Shown here: piece by piece, positions 54,107 through 62,996 of the stretch
Layout: every line of letters starts with the position of its first letter
Numbering within the stretch: the first letter of the stretch is position 1
DNA from: a virus
Lineage: Duplodnaviria; Heunggongvirae; Uroviricota; Caudoviricetes
Strand: one strand, 5' to 3'
Length of the DNA: 64,000 bases
Virus record (IMG/VR): IMGVR_UViG_3300048597_000653
Coordinates: 53,625-117,624 of that record
Translations under genes and position numbers: made by a program
The notes under the pieces: generated by a model
Databases searched by the model: none
Told to the model about the DNA's origin: nothing
What the model saw: only the letters and a program-made list of their open reading frames with translations

Positions 54107-55096
54107 ATGCGCGACATCAAGGCCCTCAGCTACTCAGCCCTGACGCTCTGGGAAAAGCAGCCTGAAGAATATTACCTCAAGTACCTGGCCCCCAATCGCC
54201 CGCCCCGCGCTCCGCAGGAACGACCTGCCGCAGTCGGCTCGGCTTTCGACGCCCGCGCGAAGTCCTGCTTGTACGAAGCTCTGTTCGGCGCGAACGACCC
54301 GAAGTACACGTACGAAGCACTGTTCGAGGCACAGGTTGAGCCGCACAACCGCGACTGGGCCGGTCCAGAAGGGGACTACGTCTTCGAGCGGTACAAGTTC
54401 ACCGGCTTCTACGACGAACTGCTCGCGATGCTGCAAGTGTCGCCGGAGGCACCCCGCTTTGAGTTCACCGTCGAAGCCGAGATCGGCGGTGTGCAGTTCT
54501 TGGGCAAGCCGGACTGCCGCTTCAAGACACCGCTGCTCGTCCCGGTCATTCACGACTGGAAGGTCTCCGGCTACTGCTCGAAGAGCACCACCAGTCCGAC
54601 CAAGGGCTACCAGCTTTGCCGCGATGCCTTCACCGCGGAGAAGCAATCGAAGAGCCACAACAAAGAGCACAACGCCTACCTCGCGTACCAGCATCGTGAC
54701 ATCACGATCAATATCGCGTTCATGGAAGCGTTCTGCGAGAAGTGGGCCGACCAGTTGACGACGTATGGCTGGTGCCTTGGCGAGAAGGTCGGTGACGAGG
54801 ACGTGGTGCTGTCGGTTCACGAGATCGTGGGCAAGCCCGTCGCCGGGTCGCGGCCCGAGCTTCGAGTGTCGCAGTACCGTGCTCGTGTAGCGGCTGACTA
54901 CCAGCGCAAGTTGCTGGGCCGGCTGCAACGCTGCTGGGAAGCGATTACCACCGGGTATGTCTTCCCGGACCTCTCGCGTGAAGACAACGACTCTCGTTGC
55001 CTCACGCTGAATGACGTCTCAGTCGGCCTTCAGTCGGATGGGTCATCGAACGAGGACTACTTCAACACGATCACCCGTGCCAAATACCGAGGTTGA
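54107..55096 (+). CDS. PD-(D/E)xK nuclease, RecB/Cas4-like exonuclease family
   Basis: N-terminal LSYSALTLWEKQPEEYYLKYL and a GKPDCRF...IHDWK catalytic core. In-frame alternative starts at 54029 and 54062. Confidence 0.6.
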   Translation: MRDIKALSYSALTLWEKQPEEYYLKYLAPNRPPRAPQERPAAVGSAFDARAKSCLYEALFGANDPKYTYEALFEAQVEPHNRDWAGPEGDYVFERYKFTGFYDELLAMLQVSPEAPRFEFTVEAEIGGVQFLGKPDCRFKTPLLVPVIHDWKVSGYCSKSTTSPTKGYQLCRDAFTAEKQSKSHNKEHNAYLAYQHRDITINIAFMEAFCEKWADQLTTYGWCLGEKVGDEDVVLSVHEIVGKPVAGSRPELRVSQYRARVAADYQRKLLGRLQRCWEAITTGYVFPDLSREDNDSRCLTLNDVSVGLQSDGSSNEDYFNTITRAKYRG

Positions 55097-55097
55097 G

Positions 55098-55565
55098 ATG
55101 TTCGTCCACGTTCGCGATTACGAAATGCTCGACAAGTCCTACTTGTTGGACTTCGACATCAAAGCTTCGGCTGAACTGACCTGGACCAGTGACGAATGGC
55201 AAGAAGCCATTAACAACGACAAGATTCTGGTCGCCGATAGTTTTGGCAAGGTACTGGGATGCGTGGTCGCATCTCGGTCAACCACTTGCCTCAACATCCG
55301 CAAGGTGGTTGTCAATCCCCAACTGGTGCGGCAAGGCATTGGACGCAAGCTCATCGAGCGAATGGCCTCCTACGGCTACTCGCAAGCGTTCAAGTACATC
55401 TCGTTGACGATCCCGGAAGCACGCATTCGGCCCGGCGATCCCAGCGACTTGAGTGCGTGGCTCGTTGCCTGCGGCTTCCGAGGCACCGCACCGATTCTCA
55501 AGAACCATTTCACATTCTACGGCGAGCCCGAGAACGGCGTCCGGTTCGTCCGCAACAACCAATAG
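55098..55565 (+). CDS. GNAT-family N-acetyltransferase
   Basis: GAGG 6 nt upstream. Acetyl-CoA motif VVVNPQLVRQGIGRKLIERM. Confidence 0.6.
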   Translation: MFVHVRDYEMLDKSYLLDFDIKASAELTWTSDEWQEAINNDKILVADSFGKVLGCVVASRSTTCLNIRKVVVNPQLVRQGIGRKLIERMASYGYSQAFKYISLTIPEARIRPGDPSDLSAWLVACGFRGTAPILKNHFTFYGEPENGVRFVRNNQ

Positions 55566-55572
55566 GAGACCC

Positions 55573-55869
55573 ATGAGTCGCCGTACCCGACAGCAGTACA
55601 AGCAAGCTTTGGAGAACAGCAAACCGTATACCGGACCAGAGGGCGAAGGCAAGCCGTCGCCCGTCACCCGTCTCACCAAGTCAGGACCTCGCGTGTGCTA
55701 CTGGACCGTCACCCAAGGTGACCAATGCGTCGTCATCCTCGCTCGGAACCATCCTGATGCCGTCGCTCAGGTGAAGAAAGCGTTCGCCGTCCCGAAAGGT
55801 CAGCCGCTGCCGGACGACATCACCATCAAATGTGGAGTGCCCGTTGCGCCTCAACCTGCCAGCGCTTGA
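55573..55869 (+). CDS. hypothetical protein
   Basis: AGGAG Shine-Dalgarno. 98 aa. Confidence 0.5.
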   Translation: MSRRTRQQYKQALENSKPYTGPEGEGKPSPVTRLTKSGPRVCYWTVTQGDQCVVILARNHPDAVAQVKKAFAVPKGQPLPDDITIKCGVPVAPQPASA

Positions 55870-56049
55870 TCGCGTTCGTCATACGCCGGGTCGCGGCGAA
55901 GCACTGGCCACGATCTTCGAGCGGATGGCGGACAGTGTCCACGAGTTCGGCGCCCAAGCCTCGGAGTTCACGCTCGGTTTCCAGCACCCTGACGACACCG
56001 TCGAAGAGGGTGACCTCGTCCCCGTTATCACCCTCTCGTTAAGGCCTGC

Positions 56050-56268
56050 ATGTTCACAGCGATCGGAATCATCGCCTCCTGCTTGACACTCGCGGGCTTG
56101 TTCCTGATTGGTGCCAAGTGGCGACTCGGCTTTGCCTTGCTGGCAATCGCGAACGTCGGCTGGGTGATCGACAGCGTGGCATCCGGCCGAATGGACTTGC
56201 TCTCGCTGAATGTAGCGATGGCGGCCATCAACATTCGCTCGTTTGCGGCATGGAGTATCGATGTTTGA
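56050..56268 (+). CDS. small two-transmembrane-helix protein
   Basis: 72 aa with two hydrophobic helices. Its stop overlaps the AAA+ gene start. Confidence 0.45.
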   Translation: MFTAIGIIASCLTLAGLFLIGAKWRLGFALLAIANVGWVIDSVASGRMDLLSLNVAMAAINIRSFAAWSIDV

Positions 56269-57535
56269 GTTTCTGTCCAACCTGCTGAAAACCAATCAGT
56301 TTTTCAGTGCCGGTCTCGTGATGATGATCGTCGCCGGAGTGGGCGTGGTGCTCCGCCGCATCCCTTCCGAGTTATGGCAGCGCGTTAAGTCCCAGTTCAT
56401 CGTCGAACTGAATATCGACGACTCCGACGAAGCGTTTGGTTGGGTGGTGCAGTGGCTGGCCCAGCATCCTTACGGCAAAGAACGGTCACGCCTGCTATCC
56501 GTCAGCACGTTCAGCGTGGACAAAGACGGGAGCAATGTCGATAGCCGCCGCAAGTTCCGCCTGTCTCCGGCACCAGGTATCCATTTCTTCACGCACCGTG
56601 GCCGATTGCTGATCGTGACTCGCAACCGGACGGAAGGCCAGCGAGATCAAATGTACGGCAAGCCCCGCGAGTCCTTCACGATCCAAGTGCTAGCTCGCGA
56701 TCGCTCGGCTGGAGCCCAGTTGATGGAAGACATTCGAGACGTTGCCCTCCCGAAGGACGACGTTCGAGTCTCCATCTCAGCGTATCGATACTCGGACTGG
56801 GAACACTGCGGATATAGCAGACCGCGTGAACTGGACTCCGTGATCCTCAAGCGAGGGTTGATGGAGGAAATAGTCGCCGCGATCGAAAAGTTCTTTGCGG
56901 ACGAGCAAGACTACATCCGGCGGGGCATCCCGCACCGCTTTGGCGTCCGAGAGGATGGGCCGCCAGGGAATGGCAAGAGCAGCACGGTGCTTGCGATTGC
57001 CAGTCACTTCGGCCTGGACATTGCGATTCTCAATCTGTCGTCGTCTGACCTGAACGACGACAAGCTGCGAGATGCCTTCATCAATCTGCCGAAAGGCACG
57101 ATTGTTCTGATCGAAGACATCGACTGCATCTTTCGCCAACGAGAACAGAACGAGAAGGTAGGCATCACCTACAGCGGCCTGCTGAATGCCATCGACGGTG
57201 TCGGTGCGGGCGAAGGTCGCATCCTCTTCCTCACCACCAACAAGCCCGAAGTATTCGACCCTGACTCGTCGGAGAAGGTGCAACAGATTGATCCAGCACT
57301 CGCGCGACGTGGTCGCTGCGATCTAACAGTCAAGATCGACAACCCGGACCGAGATCAGATCGGCCGGCTGTTCTGCCGCTTCCACCCCGGCTCACAGCCC
57401 GCCGACTTCATCGACGCCATCGCTCCACGAATCGGCAAGTTGAACATGGCCGATCTGCAAGGGCACCTGCTGAAATACAACGACCCGCAAGCAGCGATCG
57501 ACAATGCTGCCGAACTCCTGGATACCCCTCAATGA
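56261..57535 (+). CDS. membrane-anchored AAA+ ATPase, BCS1-like
   Basis: N-terminal transmembrane helix. Walker A GPPGNGKSS, Walker B IVLIEDID and sensor-2 DPALARRGRCD. Confidence 0.7.
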   Translation: MFEFLSNLLKTNQFFSAGLVMMIVAGVGVVLRRIPSELWQRVKSQFIVELNIDDSDEAFGWVVQWLAQHPYGKERSRLLSVSTFSVDKDGSNVDSRRKFRLSPAPGIHFFTHRGRLLIVTRNRTEGQRDQMYGKPRESFTIQVLARDRSAGAQLMEDIRDVALPKDDVRVSISAYRYSDWEHCGYSRPRELDSVILKRGLMEEIVAAIEKFFADEQDYIRRGIPHRFGVREDGPPGNGKSSTVLAIASHFGLDIAILNLSSSDLNDDKLRDAFINLPKGTIVLIEDIDCIFRQREQNEKVGITYSGLLNAIDGVGAGEGRILFLTTNKPEVFDPDSSEKVQQIDPALARRGRCDLTVKIDNPDRDQIGRLFCRFHPGSQPADFIDAIAPRIGKLNMADLQGHLLKYNDPQAAIDNAAELLDTPQ

Positions 57536-57927
57536 GCAAACCGTTCGGATATAGCTACCTGTTGGACATGTACAACTGCCGGCCCGGTGCGGCCGACGAT
57601 CTGGAACTGCACTATCGGTTCCTGGAATCACTCGTGGACAAGCTGGGCATGACCAAGATGAGTGCCCCGATCGTGATCCACGGACCGCGCAATCACGGGG
57701 AGGAAATGTTCCCGGACAAGGCAGGTGTCTCCGGCTGGGTGCCGCTGATCGAGTCTGGCATTCAGATCCATTCGCTTGAGCCGAGCCACTTCATCACGCT
57801 CGACGTCTACTCGTGCAAGCCGTTCCAGCCGTCAAGAGTGCTGAATGCGGCACTGGAGGCATTCGGCTTCCAACGGCATGAGGATCACGTAATCGAGCGC
57901 GGTGTGCGATTCGGAGGTGACGCTTGA
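57532..57927 (+). CDS. S-adenosylmethionine decarboxylase proenzyme, small SpeD/SpeH-type and pyruvoyl-dependent
   Basis: N-terminal GYSYLLDMYNC. Self-cleavage region LIESGIQIHSLEP. Also DVYSCKPF. Confidence 0.65.
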   Translation: MSKPFGYSYLLDMYNCRPGAADDLELHYRFLESLVDKLGMTKMSAPIVIHGPRNHGEEMFPDKAGVSGWVPLIESGIQIHSLEPSHFITLDVYSCKPFQPSRVLNAALEAFGFQRHEDHVIERGVRFGGDA

Positions 57928-58403
57928 GACTTGACGTCTACCAACTCCGCAAGCCGTCGTTCACGACGTACCCGAAAGAAGACCCGGTCAAGTACCTCAC
58001 GATGGGACTGTTCGGCGAGGCCGGAGAGATTGCCAACCAGATCAAGAAGGTCTTGCGAGACCACGGCGGCCACTTTACCGGCGAGCTAGTCGCCAAGATA
58101 CACGACGAGATCGGCGATTGCCTTTGGTACTGCTCGGAAATCTGCACCGTGTTGGGCCTTGCACTTCCGCACAAGTTCAACGTCGAGCCAGGAAGTTTTT
58201 ACGTCCTTGCCCTGCGCTTGTCCACATCGGTCGGATTGCTCAGCACGGCCGTGCTCGCATCGTTGAAGCACGACGAGATCATCGTCTCGATCGAGTGCGT
58301 GCTCGAAGCCCTGGCCAGCCTCGCCTTGATGACCGGCATAACGATCGAGGCCGCGGCCGAAAAGAACATCAAGAAGATCACTGCGAGAAAGGCGGCAGCA
58401 TGA
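57924..58403 (+). CDS. MazG-like nucleotide pyrophosphohydrolase
   Basis: GLFGEAGEIANQ...EIGDCLWY signature. 159 aa. Confidence 0.65.
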   Translation: MRLDVYQLRKPSFTTYPKEDPVKYLTMGLFGEAGEIANQIKKVLRDHGGHFTGELVAKIHDEIGDCLWYCSEICTVLGLALPHKFNVEPGSFYVLALRLSTSVGLLSTAVLASLKHDEIIVSIECVLEALASLALMTGITIEAAAEKNIKKITARKAAA

Positions 58404-59203
58404 GCTACTACGTTCAAGTTCTAGGCAAAGGTCTACAAAGGACGATCTGGAACGACACGAGTCGATTCACCGATAGGTCCGATGCAATCCGAGTAGCACG
58501 CAGGCACATGCTCACGACACGGGAAAATGCCCGAGTCTGGGACAGCATCAGACGTCGCCCGATTCCGTATTACACCATCCAGCACAAGTATCAATCGGAC
58601 AGTTGGATGGATACCGACCTAGGCTTCGATACGGCAGATGAAGCCGCGGCCAAAGCACTGGAGTGCAGTTGCGATTCGATCGCCTATGGCATGGTGCGTG
58701 TGCTCAACGTCTATTGCGAGATCATCGTTGTGACCTACGGTGCAGGGGAAGGGCAACTCATCAAAGCAGGTAAGCGGCCGGACCCATACACCGGCCTATA
58801 CTGGCCAAAGCCCGAGGCACCCGAGGCACCCGAGGCACCCGAGGCACCCGAGGCACCCAAGGCTGTCGAGCAAGAGTCGGTTCAGTCAATTATCCTTGCG
58901 AGCTTCAATCATCTATCGTTCAATCGCTTCAAAGCAGCGATCGAACAGGCAATGGGCGAGAAGCTCGGTGACTTGAACGAAGGCGAATCATTCACCATGC
59001 ACTTCCCACTGGTCTGCGGCGATTTTGGCTTTCCCCAGCTAGACGCCGTTGTGCAAATCGCTACTGATCCAATGGTCAGCATGCAGATCAACGCTCAGTT
59101 GCTGGACAGGTCCATCGCATTTGCCGAGAAGCAACTCGCCCTGCTGCAACGCATCAAGAAGATCATCGACGCTCGTGAGGTCTTCAAGAAAGCGATCGCA
59201 TGA
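58400..59203 (+). CDS. hypothetical protein with a (PEA)n linker
   Basis: ATGA overlap. An internal PEAPEAPEAPEAPEAPKA stretch is encoded by a 9-bp repeat. Confidence 0.5.
   Translation: MSYYVQVLGKGLQRTIWNDTSRFTDRSDAIRVARRHMLTTRENARVWDSIRRRPIPYYTIQHKYQSDSWMDTDLGFDTADEAAAKALECSCDSIAYGMVRVLNVYCEIIVVTYGAGEGQLIKAGKRPDPYTGLYWPKPEAPEAPEAPEAPEAPKAVEQESVQSIILASFNHLSFNRFKAAIEQAMGEKLGDLNEGESFTMHFPLVCGDFGFPQLDAVVQIATDPMVSMQINAQLLDRSIAFAEKQLALLQRIKKIIDAREVFKKAIA
58811..58858 (+). repeat. five tandem copies of a 9-bp unit, cccgaggca
   Basis: Seen directly. In frame within the 58400 gene. Confidence 0.85.
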
Positions 59204-59850
59204 GCATTGCCCTTTACTCCCAACTGCGACAAGACGAGTGGGTGATCGAGAAGCTCCAAGGTAAGCAGAACGGCTACTACGTGGAGATCGGCGCCTACGA
59301 CGGTGTCCACTACAGCAACACGCTGGCGTTGGAAGAGTCCTACGGCTGGCAAGGCTTGCTGGTTGAGCCCAACCCCTCGCTGTTCCGCACGTTGAAGGTG
59401 AAACGGCCGTGGAATACCTGCCTTCGAGCAGCTATCGGTCCGAACGATGGTCAGAAAGTCCCCTTCGTCGTTGGCCAAGGTGAACGAGCATCGCTCTACA
59501 GCGGCTTGGGCGGCTACTTACCTGAAGATTGGCTCGAAGAGCATTGCCGTCGCAAGAGTGAGAATATCGAGGTCACGACCTTATCACTCTTGTCGTTGCT
59601 GGAATATGCCGATGCGCCCTCACACATCGACTACCTGAGCATCGACGTCGAAGGTGCAGAAGGCGCGATCTTGCAGTCCTTCTTTCGGCACAAGGACGCC
59701 CGACTACGGTACACATTCGGCTGCATGACGATCGAGTTCCAGCGAGATGGGGATTTGCTGGAATACCTGACCAAGCTGCTCGCGCCGGAGTACGTGCTCG
59801 ATGAAGTTCGCGACTTCGACGCCTTCTTTGTGCATAGGAGCTTGACATGA
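59200..59850 (+). CDS. FkbM-family methyltransferase
   Basis: GYYVEIGAYDG and LSIDVEGAE motifs. 216 aa. Confidence 0.65.
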   Translation: MSIALYSQLRQDEWVIEKLQGKQNGYYVEIGAYDGVHYSNTLALEESYGWQGLLVEPNPSLFRTLKVKRPWNTCLRAAIGPNDGQKVPFVVGQGERASLYSGLGGYLPEDWLEEHCRRKSENIEVTTLSLLSLLEYADAPSHIDYLSIDVEGAEGAILQSFFRHKDARLRYTFGCMTIEFQRDGDLLEYLTKLLAPEYVLDEVRDFDAFFVHRSLT

Positions 59851-60623
59851 GTTATCGTCTCATCAATGCAGACTGCTTAACTTGGTTGCGAGCGTCGGAC
59901 GAGCAGTTTGACATGCTCCTGGCAGATCCGCCTGACGGAATTGGCCTAAAGTACAAGTCTTACAACGACAAGACTCCCAAGCACGAGTACGAAGTCAAGC
60001 TGGTGGAGTGGATCGAGTGCTTCATTGAGAAGGCTCCGATCGTCTGGCTGTCGTTCAACGCACGGTGGACGTTCGCGATGGGCGTCATCGTGCATGCCTT
60101 GGTCAAGAACAACGCGGACTGGGAAGCCAAGCCGCTAATCCAGAACGTGACGTTCGGTCAGAACTGTAAGACGGACTGCGGCAATGGACACCGTCCTCTC
60201 TGGCGACTCAAACGCAAGAAGGCCAAGTTGTATCCAAACCAAATCAAGGTACCCTCGTGGCGACTACTAAACGGCGACAAGCGTGCTGCCCCTGGTGGAC
60301 GAGTGCCATTGGACGTCTGGGATTTCCCGCGAGTGACGGGCAACAGCAAGCAACGTCGAAAGTGGCATGTCACTCAGTTGCATGAGGGACTCGTCGAGCG
60401 TTGCATCCAGATGTCCACGGCCGAGGGTCAGCGGGTCATCGACCCGTTTGGCGGGTCAGGCACCACGATGCGTGTTTGCCGCCGAATCAACCGCGATGCA
60501 ACCTTGGTGGAGTTTGACCCGTTCTATTGCGAACGAATCGCGTTCGAGAATGAACTCGTCGAGCGGACTCGCCACACTGGCCAGTCGCGGGAGTTCGTGT
60601 CTTCAGGCAAGGCCGCCGCATGA
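59847..60623 (+). CDS. DNA methyltransferase of the amino-MTase beta class, N6-adenine or N4-cytosine
   Basis: LINADCLTWL, then LLADPPDG (motif IV-like), and motif I VIDPFGGSGTT in permuted order. Confidence 0.7.
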   Translation: MSYRLINADCLTWLRASDEQFDMLLADPPDGIGLKYKSYNDKTPKHEYEVKLVEWIECFIEKAPIVWLSFNARWTFAMGVIVHALVKNNADWEAKPLIQNVTFGQNCKTDCGNGHRPLWRLKRKKAKLYPNQIKVPSWRLLNGDKRAAPGGRVPLDVWDFPRVTGNSKQRRKWHVTQLHEGLVERCIQMSTAEGQRVIDPFGGSGTTMRVCRRINRDATLVEFDPFYCERIAFENELVERTRHTGQSREFVSSGKAAA

Positions 60624-60844
60624 TCTGCACGCGCTGCGACGGAATGGGGTTCCTCAACATCGAGCAACTCCCCGACTGGTTGATCCAGCACTACACTGCG
60701 ACCGGTGACCATCTCGCGGTCACCAACTGGATCGAGAGCGAAGCCAACCACGACGTTTGTGTCTGCGACTGTTGTGGTGATGGTGAGCGTTGGCACGGTT
60801 ATCCCGGCTTGCACGGACCTGGCGAGCCTTGCGACTGTGCGTAA
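60620..60844 (+). CDS. small DnaJ-type CxxCxGxG zinc-finger protein
   Basis: CTRCDGMGF followed by CVCDCCGDG...CDC. Confidence 0.5.
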   Translation: MICTRCDGMGFLNIEQLPDWLIQHYTATGDHLAVTNWIESEANHDVCVCDCCGDGERWHGYPGLHGPGEPCDCA

Positions 60845-60934
60845 TATCCGCTTGAGATAATCCTGGAAAATCTCGCGGAATCTAGGCAACCTCTTTGCCT
60901 CGTCAGCTTAACAGAAGGTACGGAGACCTTCCCC

Positions 60935-61195
60935 ATGCTAACTGACCAACTCGGCCCCATCTTCGGCCGGCACGGCATCTCACCCAAGCACCAGCCGTTC
61001 TTTCGGGAACTCTGTGAGAGCGGGAATATCGCCCGCAACCAAGAGTTCGCGACCCGCCTCTCGGCGTGCGCGAACTACAAGGCTTGCTTGTTTGAGATTC
61101 TCGAACTGCTTTCCGCGCCGTTCAATCGCCAGTTCGCACAAGCTCCCTTCCAATCCCTCGACATTGAACAGGAAATTGCATGTCCAACCCAGTGA
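60935..61195 (+). CDS. hypothetical protein
   Basis: 86-aa ORF. Confidence 0.4.
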   Translation: MLTDQLGPIFGRHGISPKHQPFFRELCESGNIARNQEFATRLSACANYKACLFEILELLSAPFNRQFAQAPFQSLDIEQEIACPTQ

Positions 61196-61410
61196 ATCAC
61201 CGCGCCCGCGATCTGATGGATCGCGAGTTTGGTGTCAACGATACGATCGTCTACCCGGTACGTCGCGGCTCGAAGCTGTGGATGGCAGTCGCCACAGTGA
61301 CGCAAGTGTTGCCCACGCCAGGTGAGTCGTCGTCCTTTCTCGTCCATGCCTTGACCAAGGCCGGTCGCCGGGTCGCGATCAAGAACCTCCAGAACGTCGT
61401 CAAGGTCTGA
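61180..61410 (+). CDS. hypothetical protein
   Basis: 76-aa ORF overlapping the previous ORF by 16 nt. Confidence 0.4.
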   Translation: MSNPVNHRARDLMDREFGVNDTIVYPVRRGSKLWMAVATVTQVLPTPGESSSFLVHALTKAGRRVAIKNLQNVVKV

Positions 61411-61414
61411 GCCC

Positions 61415-61609
61415 ATGCCGTTATACGACATGATCTGCGGTGAGTGTAAGTTCGAGTTCGAGGTGCAGCACTCCATGAATGAGTCGCACCCGAAGGAATG
61501 TCCCAAGTGCGGGGCGCTCAAGGCTCAGCAGCACTTCAAGAAAGCACCCGCGGCACCCAACACTTACAGCCCACTGCATCCTCGACGCAATCGCGGCCGA
61601 GGGTATTGA
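61415..61609 (+). CDS. FmdB-family zinc-ribbon protein
   Basis: MPLYDMICGECKFEFE...CPKCGA. Confidence 0.6.
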   Translation: MPLYDMICGECKFEFEVQHSMNESHPKECPKCGALKAQQHFKKAPAAPNTYSPLHPRRNRGRGY

Positions 61610-62298
61610 TGGATTTCCGACGCAAACGAGTCATCGGCAAGAAAGGCAAGGAATATCGCGAATGGTACGACGAAACCCGGCAGTATCGGATCAATTGGCG
61701 GTCCCAAGTTGCGGGCGTGAGCGTGCCGCCGTGCTACTACGCTTGCGTGAAGACGTTGCGATTCGACGGGCAAAGCTACTGGGAATTTGCAGCACATCGT
61801 CGGCCATACAAGACGCTCAAGGCCGCGATCGAGGCATGCGAGTTCAACCGGAAAATCTGGAATGCCTTCCTCGCGATCCCCGATTCGCCCGGACGCAAGC
61901 TGCCGAAGCTGAACATCTTGAAGGAACGTGCCAGGGCCGGTAGCGGCCGTCCGATGCAGAGTTTGCCCGTGTGGGTCGCCAAGAAGGCGGACCAACGCCT
62001 GATCGAAATGCTCTTCCCGCCCCTTGCCCAAAAGCCCGCCGAAGACGAACCGTGCAACGACCAAGACGACCAGCCCGTAGCCTGCGAGATTTTGCCGCTT
62101 CCTTCCGAGGAAGAGACCAAGGCCGACCGCTCTACAAAGTCTGGCCCTGTCTCCGCTGCAACGGAGTCGGCTTCACCTGGCTCCAAGCGTCGAGCGCGGG
62201 GAGACCGTGCTCCAAGTGCCAAGGAAACGGCGAAGGAACCGAAGAAGAAACGAGCCGTGCGTACCAGCAAGGCCTCGCGAAGTACCGTCGCGACGTAG
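61609..62298 (+). CDS. hypothetical protein; its 3' third appears frameshifted into a zinc-finger-encoding -1 frame that ends at 62390
   Basis: Coding signal (high GC3) switches from this frame to the -1 frame near 62135, where an ACA AAG slip site sits. Confidence 0.45.
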   Translation: MDFRRKRVIGKKGKEYREWYDETRQYRINWRSQVAGVSVPPCYYACVKTLRFDGQSYWEFAAHRRPYKTLKAAIEACEFNRKIWNAFLAIPDSPGRKLPKLNILKERARAGSGRPMQSLPVWVAKKADQRLIEMLFPPLAQKPAEDEPCNDQDDQPVACEILPLPSEEETKADRSTKSGPVSAATESASPGSKRRARGDRAPSAKETAKEPKKKRAVRTSKASRSTVAT

Positions 62299-62386
62299 CG
62301 ACTTACCAGCGATTGCGGTCGATAGTTGGTGACGCCCGCTCGAAACTTACCACGCAAGAATGGTCCGCGGTCCGCAGGTTCCTGGT

Positions 62387-62698
62387 ATGACGTTTCAACA
62401 GCGATTGGAAGACATCGCCATCCGAACGGCGGAAGCAACGGCCACAATGCAGATCGCCGGAGCGAAAGAGAACTACGACCGCGAAGTGCTGATGCGGAAA
62501 GCCGCTGAATTGCTCGTACAACAACGGGTGGTATGCCGCCCCTCGCTCTTACTGCGAGCTACATTGGAACGACGTGGGGACAAATTCGTAGCAAGCTACC
62601 AATGCCTGGAAGCCGAAGGCGACACGCCTGACTCAGCCTTCCTGGCTTTCGACGAGCTATGGACCCACGACCATGATGGAAGCAATGACCCTATATGA
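62387..62698 (+). CDS. hypothetical protein
   Basis: ATG at 62387 overlaps the TGA of the zinc-finger frame. 103 aa. Confidence 0.4.
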   Translation: MTFQQRLEDIAIRTAEATATMQIAGAKENYDREVLMRKAAELLVQQRVVCRPSLLLRATLERRGDKFVASYQCLEAEGDTPDSAFLAFDELWTHDHDGSNDPI

Positions 62699-62996
62699 GC
62701 GGTACTTAGGCATCACAAACGATGCCATTGCTGCCTCCAATCTAGTCTTAGCCCATGCGATTCTCGCAGACAAACCGAAAATTAGGGAAAACACCCTACT
62801 CACCGTACAGGAAGTAGCGGATCAGCTAAAGGTATCGACGAAGACGGTCTACAAGCATTGTCAGGATGGTCGCATCCCAAGCAAGAAGGTCGGACGACTG
62901 GTGCGCGTGAAGCCGTCCGACTGCAAAATCGACACTCATCGAAAGCCCGCCCATCGGCGAGAGATCAAAGCCTTAGAACAGTGCTTCCAATACTAA
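62673..62996 (+). CDS. xis: excisionase-family HTH DNA-binding protein
   Basis: LLTVQEVADQLKVSTKTVYKHCQDGRIPSKKVGRLVRV matches the excisionase/MerR-type HTH. Convergent with the integrase. Confidence 0.6.
   Translation: MMEAMTLYERYLGITNDAIAASNLVLAHAILADKPKIRENTLLTVQEVADQLKVSTKTVYKHCQDGRIPSKKVGRLVRVKPSDCKIDTHRKPAHRREIKALEQCFQY

Noticed and set aside
55832-56086. ORF 55832..56086(+), with a possible MADSVHEF... start at about 55925.
   Set aside because: It is out of frame with and overlaps both neighbours. There is no ribosome-binding site and no motif, so it is left unannotated.
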